From an uncultured Gemmatimonadales bacterium (GTDB taxonomy: Bacteria > Gemmatimonadota > Gemmatimonadetes > Longimicrobiales > RSA9), in assembly GCA_963816355.1 (NCBI GenBank), contig CAWFKH010000001.1, positions 320,001 to 384,000 on the forward strand: DNA of 64,000 nucleotides. Reading direction: 5' to 3'. Position numbers and translations under genes: made by a program. Position 1 is the first letter of the stretch; each line of letters opens with the position of its first letter. The notes under the pieces are model-generated. The model saw only the letters and a program-made list of their open reading frames with translations, had not been told where the DNA came from and ran no database searches. Of the stretch, positions 20,254 to 29,784 are shown piece after piece.

Positions 20254-21573
20254 TCAGCCCTCGACGCCCGCCGTGGCGGCTTGCGGCGTGAGGCTGCGCT
20301 CGTCGGCGCCGACGTAGACCTGGCGCGGGCGCGCGATCTTCTGCTCGGAGTCCTGCAGCATCTCGAGCCACTGCGCGAGCCAGCCGGCGACGCGCGGAAT
20401 GGCGAAGAGGACCGGGAACATGTCGACCGGGAAGCCCATCGCCTGGTAGATGATGCCGGAGTAGAAGTCGACGTTCGGATAGAGCTTCCGCGAGACGAAG
20501 TAGTCATCCTCGAGCGCGACGCGCTCGAGCTCCATGGCCAGGTCGAGCAGCGGGCTCGTGCCGGTCACCGCCAGGACCTGCCCCGCCATCTCCTTCAGAA
20601 TGCGCGCACGCGGGTCGTAGTTCTTGTAGACGCGATGGCCGAAGCCCATCAGCCGGAACTCGCCCTTCTTCGCGCGCGCGACGAATTCCGGCACGCGCTC
20701 CTTCGTGCCGATCTCCTTCAGCATGCGCAACACCTGCTCGTTGGCGCCGCCGTGGAGCGGACCGTAGAGCGCCGCCGACGCTGCCGCGACGGACACGTAC
20801 GGGTCCGCGTGCGAGCTGCCCACGCTGCGCATCGCGTTGGCGCTGCAGTTCTGCTCGTGGTCGACGTGCAGGATGAAAAGCACCTCGAGCGCCCGCTCGA
20901 GCACCGGATTCGGCTCGTACTTCGGCTCCGAGATCCGGAACATCATGTTGAGGAAGTTGCCCGTGAAGCTCAGCTCGTTGTCGGGGTAGACGTACGGCAG
21001 CCCGACGCTATGGCGGTAGGCGTACGCCGCGATCGTCGGCATCTTCGCGATCAGCCGCTGGATCTGCTTCAGCCGCACGTCCGCGTCGCCGATGTCGCGC
21101 GACTCCGGATAGAACGTGGACAGCGCCGCGACGGTGCTGACCAGCATCCCCATCGGATGCGCGTCGTGGTGGAAGCCGTCCATGAACTTCTTGATGTTCT
21201 CGTGCACGTACGTGTGGTGCAGGATCTTCCACTCCCACTCCTTCGACTGCGACTCCGTCGGCATCTCGCCGAAGAGCGTCAGGTACGCCACCTCGAGGAA
21301 GGTCCTCCGCCGCGCCAGCTCCTCGATCGGGTATCCGCGGTAGCGCAGGATGCCGCGGTCCCCGTCGATGAACGTGACGGCGCTCTTGCACGACGCCGTG
21401 TTCATGAACGCCGGATCGTAGCTCAGGAGGCCGAAGTCCTCCTCGCTCACCTTGATCTTGCGCAGCGCCGTGGCCGGAATGGCCGAGCCGTACTCCGGAT
21501 AGGTGCCGTGGAAGATCGGGACCTCGTATTCCTGCCCCGTTCGATTGTCGGTGATCGTCAGGCTGTCACGCAT
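20254..21573 (-). CDS. gltA: Citrate synthase
   Basis: IDGD.G.L.YRGY, H.DHEQNCS, GPLHGGAN, LMGFGHRVYKNYDPRA, YPNVDFYSG. Confidence 0.97.
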   Translation of the reverse strand: MRDSLTITDNRTGQEYEVPIFHGTYPEYGSAIPATALRKIKVSEEDFGLLSYDPAFMNTASCKSAVTFIDGDRGILRYRGYPIEELARRRTFLEVAYLTLFGEMPTESQSKEWEWKILHHTYVHENIKKFMDGFHHDAHPMGMLVSTVAALSTFYPESRDIGDADVRLKQIQRLIAKMPTIAAYAYRHSVGLPYVYPDNELSFTGNFLNMMFRISEPKYEPNPVLERALEVLFILHVDHEQNCSANAMRSVGSSHADPYVSVAAASAALYGPLHGGANEQVLRMLKEIGTKERVPEFVARAKKGEFRLMGFGHRVYKNYDPRARILKEMAGQVLAVTGTSPLLDLAMELERVALEDDYFVSRKLYPNVDFYSGIIYQAMGFPVDMFPVLFAIPRVAGWLAQWLEMLQDSEQKIARPRQVYVGADERSLTPQAATAGVEG

Positions 21574-21860
21574 CGTGTCGTCCTCCGCGTCGGTCGCCGG
21601 CCGTCCGGCCAGCAGGTCATTCGAGCCGAACACCACAGGATGCCCGCGCCACGCCCCACACGCTGTGGGGAGATGCCGGAGATTCGTGGCCTGCTGCCTT
21701 ACAGGCTTGTCCGAGAGAGCGGCGGAGGCAGCGGAGGCCTCCGGTGCTTCGGAGGCCCCCGCGCCGCCTCGGTTTCAGGAGATGATCGTCACGGAGAACG
21801 GAGAGGGCACGGAGGGCGCGGAGGAGAGTCCTGCGAGCGAACGTGGAGCGGCCGGAGCCG

Positions 21861-22376
21861 TCACCGGGACGCGCCCGGCTTGCCGGCGTGGCCCTGCGCG
21901 CCGGCTCCCACGTCCTCGGGAGCGGCGAAGACGAGGCCGCGACCGTGGCCGACCTTCTCGATCATGATCACCGGCCGCTTGCGGAGCCGATCGAGCGTCG
22001 CGGCGAAGCGGCGGTTCCATGGCGCCGGCGTCTCGGTGAAGTCGCTCGGTGCACGCAGCGCGAGCCGGCCGCCGGGGTGGACGCGTCCCTCCGCGTCGAG
22101 CTTGCGCAGGGCGTCGACCGCGAGCTTCAGCGCGGTGGCGCCGGCGAGCGTGGGATTCAGCACCAGCGTGTTCGAGCGCTCCGCTCCGATCACGACCGCG
22201 AGGAGGGGCGCCGCGCCGTCGCCGGTCGCCTGCGGCATCAGCGTGTCGAACGCGGCGGGTTCCGGAAGGGCGAGGATCAGGAAGCGGCCGCGCGCGCCCT
22301 GTGCCGCCGCCGTGCTGGGCGGGAGCAGCAAAGCCGCGAGCGCGAGGGCGAGGAACTTCGGGTGGATCCGTACCAT
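21861..22376 (-). CDS. Secreted hypothetical protein
   Basis: GGAGG RBS; signal peptide MVRIHPKFLALALAALLLPPSTAAAQ. Confidence 0.6.
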   Translation of the reverse strand: MVRIHPKFLALALAALLLPPSTAAAQGARGRFLILALPEPAAFDTLMPQATGDGAAPLLAVVIGAERSNTLVLNPTLAGATALKLAVDALRKLDAEGRVHPGGRLALRAPSDFTETPAPWNRRFAATLDRLRKRPVIMIEKVGHGRGLVFAAPEDVGAGAQGHAGKPGASR

Positions 22377-22402
22377 GAGGTCCTCCGATGATGGTTGAGG
22401 GG

Positions 22403-23089
22403 TCAGGCGACCTGGTAGCACGCGATGACGTCCACATCGAGAATGTCACCGGTCAGACGATCGTACGTGATCTGAATGTCGCACCGCGTGTTGTCGTCAC
22501 CACCGGCGAACTGACCGCCGGCCGGCGGCGATGTCGGGCATTGAGGCTGCGGCGCGTGCGTCTGGGCGTTGTCGGCATCCGATCCGATCGTCGTCAGCGC
22601 CCAGTCGACCAGGACGACCGTCGATGCACTGAAGTCGATCGCGAGATTGGCCGTCTGGCCGCAGTCACTGCCGGTCATCATCTCGTACGGAGCGCCCAGG
22701 ACCTGCCAGTCCGGCAGCAGCGATTCATGGGTGACGGTGTACGAGTCGGTGATCGTGGTCGTGAAATCGTGGACCACCTTCAGGTTGAAGCTAATGCGTG
22801 CCCGGTCGCCGAAGTACTGCATCATCCCGTAGCCCTGTACGAGCGAACCGTCCCAGCCGACTCTGGCGTCCATGACGTTCACCTTCGCGAACTTGAACGA
22901 CGGCGGCACCTCGTCCAGGCTGCCGTAGTTCGGCGCGCCGCTGCCGTCCGTCACCGTCGTCGCCTGCACTGCCGTGGCGTCCGGCGTCTTTTCCGGCGCC
23001 GTCGTGTCCGCCTCGCAGCCGGGCAGCGCCAGCGCGACCGCCACGGCCGCCAGCAGCGACCGTCCGACTTTCCTTCTCCTGATCCTCAT
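22403..23089 (-). CDS. Hypothetical lipoprotein with 4 additional Cys
   Basis: GGAGG RBS; lipobox LPGC; ATGA overlap with the upstream gene. Confidence 0.7.
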   Translation of the reverse strand: MRIRRRKVGRSLLAAVAVALALPGCEADTTAPEKTPDATAVQATTVTDGSGAPNYGSLDEVPPSFKFAKVNVMDARVGWDGSLVQGYGMMQYFGDRARISFNLKVVHDFTTTITDSYTVTHESLLPDWQVLGAPYEMMTGSDCGQTANLAIDFSASTVVLVDWALTTIGSDADNAQTHAPQPQCPTSPPAGGQFAGGDDNTRCDIQITYDRLTGDILDVDVIACYQVA

Positions 23090-24453
23090 CGACCCCTCCG
23101 TAGGGTTGTGGGTGGACTCCGTGGCGCGGGCACTCCGCGCCGGGACCGGGAGCGGGCTCCCGCCTTCGGCCGGCTCTGCCGGCCACACGAAACCGCGATC
23201 TCGATGAGCTCGGAGTAGACCGCGGTGTGCTCTTCATTCACCAGGCCGCCCGTGATCAGGACGCCGCTGTCGGTCGACGTCGCCGTGATCCGGCTCGCGA
23301 AGCTGTCCGGCGCGACCCACAGGCGCTGCGCGGAGTCCCCGGCGAGGCGCGTCAGCCGGATCTCGGTCGCGTCGTCCGGGCGCCGGTGATCCGTCACGAA
23401 CGCCCACGTATCGTCCGGCAGAGGCAGCGGCGGCAGCCACTGTTCCCGCTTCACCATTTCGTCGATCACGATCGTCGGCTCCGTCTGGTCCACGATCCGT
23501 CCCTTCATGGCCCGCTCCTGAATCGCTCCCGTCGCCCGGAACTCGGCGCGCCACGTCAGCACGCCGTTGCGGCCCAGGAAGCGGGCGTCCGGGTCGTTGG
23601 CCTGCCCCTTCGTGCTCGGGACGCGCTTGCCCATCTTCCGCCAGGAGCCCCGCCGGGCGTAGAGGAAGAGAGAATTCCCATCCACCGGCAGGTCCACGTC
23701 CGGGTGCACGACGCTGAGGACGAGCCCGGCTCCGGGGGCGTACGCAAGGTTCGGCTCGCTCCCGAACTGCGTCGGCACCGTCTCGCGGCTCCAGCCGTCC
23801 GCGCCGCGTACGAAGACCGCGACGTCCGCCGCGCTCCTCTCGCCTGTCAGCACGAGCGCCCACGCCAGCGAATCGCCCCAGGCGACGAGGCGCGATGGAT
23901 CCCACGTCTGTACCTGCGCCCCCTCCAGCGGCAGCCTCTCCAGCGACACCCAGCGAACCCCCACAAGCACGCCGTGCCAGAGCGCGACCAGCGTGTCCGG
24001 CACGCTGATGTCCGGCTCCTTCGTCGGCGTCACTTCCACGAACGCCACCGACCAGCCGCCGCCGGCGCGCGCGGCGGCGCGCACCGAGGCGAAGCGCCGA
24101 CCGGGAATCGGCGACGGCACGACCGCCACGTCGTCGCCGTCGATCACGGCGCCGAGGATGTCGGGGCCGCCGGCCGCCTTCCAGCCTCCCGCGGGCAGCG
24201 GCCGGAAGAGGTGGTTGTGCGCGCCGGCAAGGAGGATCGCCCCGCCCGCCGCCCGCTCCAGCACCAGCGGTTCGACGTACAGCAGCCCGCCACCCCGCAA
24301 GGCCAGCGGGCGCCGTCCGAGCTCGTGGACGGTGCAGCTCGCGGGCGCCACGGGATCGCGCTCGCCTGTCGCACGGCCCGGAGCCCCGGCCAGGAGCAGG
24401 GTGAGCGCCAGGAGAAGCAGCAGGACTGTCGTGAAAGGAGGCCGTGTCGACAT
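23086..24453 (-). CDS. Secreted beta-rich hypothetical protein (propeller-like)
   Basis: Signal peptide; repeated short beta-strand/W motifs; no family recognised. Confidence 0.6.
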   Translation of the reverse strand: MSTRPPFTTVLLLLLALTLLLAGAPGRATGERDPVAPASCTVHELGRRPLALRGGGLLYVEPLVLERAAGGAILLAGAHNHLFRPLPAGGWKAAGGPDILGAVIDGDDVAVVPSPIPGRRFASVRAAARAGGGWSVAFVEVTPTKEPDISVPDTLVALWHGVLVGVRWVSLERLPLEGAQVQTWDPSRLVAWGDSLAWALVLTGERSAADVAVFVRGADGWSRETVPTQFGSEPNLAYAPGAGLVLSVVHPDVDLPVDGNSLFLYARRGSWRKMGKRVPSTKGQANDPDARFLGRNGVLTWRAEFRATGAIQERAMKGRIVDQTEPTIVIDEMVKREQWLPPLPLPDDTWAFVTDHRRPDDATEIRLTRLAGDSAQRLWVAPDSFASRITATSTDSGVLITGGLVNEEHTAVYSELIEIAVSCGRQSRPKAGARSRSRRGVPAPRSPPTTLRRGR

Positions 24454-24585
24454 GACGGTCGTCCCGTGAGAGTGGGCGTGTCGCCGCTCCTGGAACGCTA
24501 CGGGGCGCCCGGCGCACGGGACATATCTGGATGAGACGAAAAGGGGGTCGTTCGGGGCGAGCGGGAGGCGACGTCCGGTCCGTTC

Positions 24586-24981
24586 TCAGACGCTCGTCTT
24601 CGGCGGGACGTCGAAGTAGAGGTCGTGATGGAGCGTGCAGCGCGGATTGAAGGCGGCGTCGCAGGCGGCGCAGCGGTGGGGGCCGGCGAGATAGCGGGAG
24701 ATGGCGAGGCGGGCGCCGCAGGCGCCGCACAGCACGGCCGCGGCGTCGAACCGGTCGCGCGGCCAGCGGCGCGGCGCGTGGTCCGTCAGCGCGTCATGGC
24801 AGGCGCGGCAGGCGAAGTAGTCGGCGCAGCAGGGGAGCCGGATGGCGACGATGTCCGTGGCGCCGTGCCAGTGGGCGCACCGTCCGGCGACGTCGACGTC
24901 GACGCCGCGGATGCGCGGGCGCGCGTCGCCGCCAGACCGCGCGCGTTCCTGGCGATCGCCGACGCCGCCCGCCTCAGTCGT
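24586..24981 (-). CDS. CHY zinc-finger protein (Hot13-like), start codon non-canonical or uncertain
   Basis: Hand translation: RIRGVDVDVAGRCAHWHGATDIVAIRLPCCADYFACRACHD...LCGAC...RCAACDAAFNPRCTLHHDLYF; absent from the ORF track. Confidence 0.8.
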   Translation of the reverse strand, partial: TTEAGGVGDRQERARSGGDARPRIRGVDVDVAGRCAHWHGATDIVAIRLPCCADYFACRACHDALTDHAPRRWPRDRFDAAAVLCGACGARLAISRYLAGPHRCAACDAAFNPRCTLHHDLYFDVPPKTSV

Positions 24982-25582
24982 CGTCGATCCCGCTCCAGCG
25001 GCGCGCCCGGCCGAGCACGCTCCACGCCGCCGGAAGCAGCGCGGCCGCGATCACGATCTTCACGACGTCGCCCGGAATGAACGGCAGCAGGCCGGCTTCG
25101 AGGATACGGCCGCGGCCGACGAACATGGCGAGCCACGGCAGGCCGACGACGTAGATCAGCGCGTTGCCGGCGAGCATCGCCAGGCCGGCGCGCAGCGGGC
25201 GGCGGTCCCACCCGCGCTCCGCCATGGAGCCGACGAGGAAGGCCGCGAGCGGGTAGCTCCACAGGTAGCCCGCGGTCGGGCCGGTGAGCCAGGCGGCGCA
25301 GCAGCCGCCGGCCGAGAAGACCGGCATCCCCGCGGCGCCCTCCGCCAGGTAGAGCACCATCGCGAGCGCGCCGCGCCGGGCGCCGAGCGTCGCGCCGAGC
25401 AGGAGCACGGCGAGTGTCTGCGCGGTCACCGGGACCGGCGTGAACGGCAGGTAGACGGTCAGCCGCGCCGACAGCGCCATGAGCGCCGTGCCGGTCACGA
25501 TCAGCACCGCGTCGAGCAACAGTCGCGTCCAGCCGGTCCGCCGCCACGTGAGCGGCACCGCAACCTCGGCAATCGTCGTCAC
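24974..25582 (-). CDS. bioY: Biotin ECF transporter S-component
   Basis: PFTPVPVT.QT.AV, LG...G, YL..GA.G.PVF, GPT.GYL, G.LPF..GD..K; GAGGTG RBS before GTG. Confidence 0.93.
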   Translation of the reverse strand: MTTIAEVAVPLTWRRTGWTRLLLDAVLIVTGTALMALSARLTVYLPFTPVPVTAQTLAVLLLGATLGARRGALAMVLYLAEGAAGMPVFSAGGCCAAWLTGPTAGYLWSYPLAAFLVGSMAERGWDRRPLRAGLAMLAGNALIYVVGLPWLAMFVGRGRILEAGLLPFIPGDVVKIVIAAALLPAAWSVLGRARRWSGIDDD

Positions 25583-25654
25583 GCATTCACCTCGGGGATC
25601 GAGTGGCCGAAGGGGGAGGAGAGTAGAGTCGGCCGACGACGTCGTCAAACCGCG

Positions 25655-26905
25655 TCACGATCCGGAGCCGCCGCCCGCACCGTGCTCCACCGGCGGCGCG
25701 CGGTCGCCGCGGTCGTAATCGACCGGCTCTCCGAGCAGACCGGCCGCCGCCGGCCCGCCGCGCGTGCCCGCGACCGCAGCGCCCAGCACGCGCCGCGCCG
25801 CGACGAAGTGGTCGAGGAACCAGCGGCCGCGCGCCCCGCTCAGCGTGTCGTAGCGCACCCCTTCGCCGCTGCTGCTGGAGTGCAGGATGCGGCGCTCGCC
25901 GGCGTAGATCGCCACGTGGTCGATGCGGTCGCCCTCGTCCGCGAAGAACATCAGGTCGCCCGGCCGCAGCGCGTCCAGCTCCGCCGGCAGCTCCTCTCCG
26001 CTGCGCGCCATCTGCCGCGACGTCCGAGGCAGCCGGATCCCCTCCTCGCCGAACACGTACTGCACGAAGCCGGAGCAGTCGAAGCCGCGCTCCGGATCGC
26101 TGCCACCCCAGATGTACGGCCGGCCGAGGAAGGCCTCTCCGTCGGCGATCGCGCGGTAGGCGACGACGTCCGCCGCGCCTGCGTCGCGCGCCGCCAGCCC
26201 GCCCGCGGCTCCGGGATCGCTGCCAGGCGATCCGGACGAACCGCGCACGCCGCTTCCCGCGCCAGCCAGCGGGCGCGGCGGGCCGCTCCTGCCGCCGGCG
26301 CCGCGAGGGCCGCCGGCGCGGCCGAGGTGGAGCGCGACACCGGCGCGCGCTTCCCAGCCCGGCTCGAAGCCGGCCGGTGGCTCTACCGCGAAAGCCGAAC
26401 GCCGGCGCGCCTCCACGTCCGCGCTCAGCCAGCTCGCGACCCGCCAGCTCGCCCCGGCCCCCCAGCTCCATGCCGGCTTCGTGGCGCGCGCGGCGTCCGC
26501 GCCGATGGCGGACTCGACGCCGAGCCCCACGAAGAGCCGCGGATCCAGGCCGGCGAGCCGGCCCAGCCCCGGCAGGCGCGCGAGCGACAGCAGCGCATCG
26601 GCGTCCGTCGCCCAGGCGCCGTCACCGGGCGGCCGCTCGAGTGCGCCGGCCCGCGCGCCGCGCGTCGAGGCGGCCAGTCCGAAACGCACTCCGAACAGGC
26701 CTCCGAACGGATCCGCGAAACGCGCCAGCGAGACGCCCGCCAGCAGCGGCCGCCCCGGCAGCGCGCCATCCGACGCCGCGAACGGCGTCACGACCCAGCG
26801 GCTCTGCCCCTGCGCGCTGGCCTTCGACGGGAACGACGCGAGCGCAAGCGACGCGAGCGCGAGCCACGCCATGGAGAATGGAGACAGGACGGCCCAGCGT
26901 CTCAT
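25655..26905 (-). CDS. Outer-membrane beta-barrel fused to NlpC/P60 (C40) peptidase
   Basis: C-terminal G.PY.WGG...GFDCSG, PGDL.FF, DHVAIY, ILHSS; N-terminal signal peptide plus amphipathic strands ending ARAGVALHLG. Confidence 0.85.
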   Translation of the reverse strand: MRRWAVLSPFSMAWLALASLALASFPSKASAQGQSRWVVTPFAASDGALPGRPLLAGVSLARFADPFGGLFGVRFGLAASTRGARAGALERPPGDGAWATDADALLSLARLPGLGRLAGLDPRLFVGLGVESAIGADAARATKPAWSWGAGASWRVASWLSADVEARRRSAFAVEPPAGFEPGWEARAGVALHLGRAGGPRGAGGRSGPPRPLAGAGSGVRGSSGSPGSDPGAAGGLAARDAGAADVVAYRAIADGEAFLGRPYIWGGSDPERGFDCSGFVQYVFGEEGIRLPRTSRQMARSGEELPAELDALRPGDLMFFADEGDRIDHVAIYAGERRILHSSSSGEGVRYDTLSGARGRWFLDHFVAARRVLGAAVAGTRGGPAAAGLLGEPVDYDRGDRAPPVEHGAGGGSGS

Positions 26906-27091
26906 GCGGCGGATCCGGAATCGGGAGCGGTGCGGTCGGAGGCGGCGGGCGTTGCGCCGGCTTCTGCGGACCGGACACGTCACCGCCGGCGGTGGACCTC
27001 CGGCGATCTCACGCCGGTGGGGGAGCACCGCGCGCGTACTCTACGGTAGACACGATCGGGCCGCGCGACAAGTGCGGTGGGACCTGCGACC

Positions 27092-27352
27092 TCAGGCGAC
27101 GAGGCGGCCCTCGATGGAGGCGACACGCTCGGCGAAGCGCGCATCGATCGCGGCGAACCGGGCTTTGAAGTCCGCCTCCATTCGATCCATGCGCTCGTCG
27201 AGGCGATCCATGCGCTCCTCGAGGCGATCCATGCGCTCCTCGAGGCGATCCATACGCTCCTCGAGGCGCTGGAAGCGCTGGTCGATCGCTTCGAAGCCGC
27301 GCGCGATCATCGCCGCGAGCTTGTCGAACTCGCCCCGCATCTCCGCGTCCAT
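27092..27352 (-). CDS. Small coiled-coil heptad-repeat protein (LEERMDR)n
   Basis: 86 aa with about 4 heptad repeats; TATCAT -10 box 5 nt before the ATG. Confidence 0.7.
   Translation of the reverse strand: MDAEMRGEFDKLAAMIARGFEAIDQRFQRLEERMDRLEERMDRLEERMDRLDERMDRMEADFKARFAAIDARFAERVASIEGRLVA
27183..27268. repeat. 21-bp coding tandem repeat, about 4 copies
   Basis: CGATCCATGCGCTCCTCGAGG repeated. Confidence 0.9.
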
Positions 27353-27517
27353 GCCCCATGATAGCCTCGCCTGTGGGACATGGCCATGGCGGTCCGGGAC
27401 GGAGCGGGCGAGGCGGCAGAGGCGACGCAGAGGGTCATTGCACGGGCGCCGCCGCGGCGGCTATCCTGGGCGGCGGATCGGGACCCCCCGAACGCGGAGC
27501 GATGGATGGCGGGCCGC

Positions 27518-28804
27518 ATGAAGGAGAGCACGCGCGTCGTGGTGGCGCTCGCCGCCGGACTGGCGGGCGGGGCCGCGATCGCGGCGTCCGGCAGCGCGCG
27601 GCTCGTGCACGTCGCCGACGCGATCGCGCCCATCGGCACGCTGTGGGTGAACGCGATCCGCATGACGGTGATCCCGCTGGTGGTGTCGCTGCTGATCACG
27701 GGGATCGCGTCCGCGGCCGACCTGCGCGCGATCGGCCGCATCGGCACGCGCACCCTGCTCGTCTTCGTCGCGCTGCTCGGCGGCGTGGCGCTGCTCGTGG
27801 TGCCGCTCGCGCCGTCTCTCTTCGCGGCGCTGCCGTTCGAGAGTGGGGGCCGGCCGCCGCTGCCCGCCGGTGCGGCGGAGGCGGCGCGCGGGCTCGGCGC
27901 CGCCGGCGGCGCGCCCGGGTTCGGCGCGTGGCTCACGTCGCTGATGCCCACCAATCCGGTCGCGGCCGCGGCGAACGACGCGATGCTGCCGCTGATCGTC
28001 TTCACCGTGCTGCTCGCGCTGGCGATCGCCCGCAGCCCGGGCGCGGCGCGCGACACGCTGATCGGATTCTTCGAGGCGCTGCGGGAAACGATGCTGGTGC
28101 TGGTGCGCTGGATCATCGCCGCGGCGCCGGTCGGCGTCTTCGCGCTGCTCCTGCCGCTGGCGGCGCACGGCGGCGCCGCGCTCGCCGGCTCCGTCGGCCT
28201 CTTCGTCCTCGTCTACTCGGTGGCGTGCATCGCGCTCGTGCTGCTGCTCCTGCCAGTGGGCGCGATCGGCGGGCGCATCCCGCTGCGCCGCTTCGCGCGC
28301 GCCCTCCTGCCGCCGCAGCTCATCGCCTTCAGCTCCAGCTCCTCGATCGCGTCGCTGCCGGTCATGATCGAGGCCGCCGACGAGGAGCTGGGCCTGCCCA
28401 CCCGCGTCAGCGGCTTCGTCCTGCCGCTCGCCGTCTCCACCTTCCACGTCGCCGCGCCCGTCTCGTGGACGCTCGGCGCGCTCTTCGTCGCGTGGTTCTA
28501 CGCCGTACCGCTCCACTTCGCGCAGTTCGCGATCGTCGCCTTCGCCGCCGTCTTCCTCGCCTTCGTCGCGCCGGGCGTGCCGCGCGGCGCGTTCCTCATG
28601 CTCGCGCCGCTCTTCGCGGCCGTCGGCCTGCCGATCGAGGGCATCGGCATCCTGATCGCCGTCGACGCGATCCCCGACCTCTTCGGCACCGTCCTCAACG
28701 TCACGGGCGACATGGTCGCCGTCGCCCTCGCCGCGCGCTTCCAGCCGGAAGACGATGCCCTCCCGGCACACGCGCCGCCACGAAAGGCGGCCGTGGGCGG
28801 GTGA
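27518..28804 (+). CDS. Dicarboxylate/amino acid:cation symporter (DAACS, GltP-like)
   Basis: AFSSSSS.ASLP, FVLPL, PGVP, IAVD.I.D...T..NV.GD. Confidence 0.9.
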   Translation: MKESTRVVVALAAGLAGGAAIAASGSARLVHVADAIAPIGTLWVNAIRMTVIPLVVSLLITGIASAADLRAIGRIGTRTLLVFVALLGGVALLVVPLAPSLFAALPFESGGRPPLPAGAAEAARGLGAAGGAPGFGAWLTSLMPTNPVAAAANDAMLPLIVFTVLLALAIARSPGAARDTLIGFFEALRETMLVLVRWIIAAAPVGVFALLLPLAAHGGAALAGSVGLFVLVYSVACIALVLLLLPVGAIGGRIPLRRFARALLPPQLIAFSSSSSIASLPVMIEAADEELGLPTRVSGFVLPLAVSTFHVAAPVSWTLGALFVAWFYAVPLHFAQFAIVAFAAVFLAFVAPGVPRGAFLMLAPLFAAVGLPIEGIGILIAVDAIPDLFGTVLNVTGDMVAVALAARFQPEDDALPAHAPPRKAAVGG

Positions 28805-28822
28805 GGCGCCGCCGGCCGACGC

Positions 28823-29698
28823 TCATCTTGCGCCGCGACCCGAACCGAACTGCTCGTACACGGCGTCGATCCGCCCGCCCGCGCTCTCGATGCCGCGCGT
28901 CCAGATCACCACGACGCCGCAGCGCGTGTTCACGCCCGCGTTGAAGCGAATCGGCACGGTGGCGCCGTGCACGTAGACCTCGACGCCGCCGATCTCCTCC
29001 GGACGCAGGTCGTCGATCTCGAACGTATTCGGCTCACGGACGCCGTCGACGAAGTATTCCATCGGGCAATCGCCGTCCTGGCGCAGCCGGCCGGTCATCG
29101 GGTCGAAGTTCACCACGGATGGGGGCACCGTTGCCGCCCGCAGCTTGCACCGGTTTGCGGTTCCCTGGCAGATGAGCATGATGCCAGGGGCTTCTCGGAC
29201 GACGTCGCTCGCCTGCCGCGGGTTCAGGCGCTCGATGTCCGCGGCGTCGACGAAGTAGCCGCCCACGCTGCGCGCGCGTCTCTGATAGAAGCCGCCCATT
29301 GCCGTGGAGGGCCCGGCGCGGGCGGTGACGCCCTTCACCGACACCGGCTCCACAGCGAGCTCCACGCGCAGGGGCGTCTCTTCCGCTCCGACGTGTACCA
29401 CGCGGCTCACCGGCTCGTAGCCGACGGAACGGACGCGCAGCAGGTGGTCGCCGGCGGGGACGTCGGGGAACCGGAAAGCGCCGTCGCGGCCCGTGAGCAT
29501 CCCTCGCGAGGAGCCGGCGGAGTCGACGCCGGCGCCGAGGACGACGAGGACATCGGCGAGGGCTCGGTCGGTGCCCGCCTCGGTGACGCGGCCCATCACG
29601 ATGTGGCGCGCCGCGTTCGCGGCTTCTTGAGCCCGGCCCGGGGCTGCCGCAAGAGAAAGGAGATGCGCGGCCATCAGAAAGCAAACGAAACGTCGCAT
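28823..29698 (-). CDS. CarboxypepD_reg-like + TonB plug-like protein without barrel
   Basis: Signal peptide; G.V....T...L..V.V, T..DG.F.F..VP.G, GY.P; GF..RR..G.F, DV...PG, C.M.YFVDG, I..VEVY, CGVVVIWT. Confidence 0.8.
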   Translation of the reverse strand: MRRFVCFLMAAHLLSLAAAPGRAQEAANAARHIVMGRVTEAGTDRALADVLVVLGAGVDSAGSSRGMLTGRDGAFRFPDVPAGDHLLRVRSVGYEPVSRVVHVGAEETPLRVELAVEPVSVKGVTARAGPSTAMGGFYQRRARSVGGYFVDAADIERLNPRQASDVVREAPGIMLICQGTANRCKLRAATVPPSVVNFDPMTGRLRQDGDCPMEYFVDGVREPNTFEIDDLRPEEIGGVEVYVHGATVPIRFNAGVNTRCGVVVIWTRGIESAGGRIDAVYEQFGSGRGAR

Positions 29699-29784
29699 AG
29701 CGCCTCCGAACGTCCATACCCATTGTCGCCCTCGAGGTGCCCGGCTCGGGGGGGCGCCTGGCTACAAGGGAATTGCCGAGAGCG

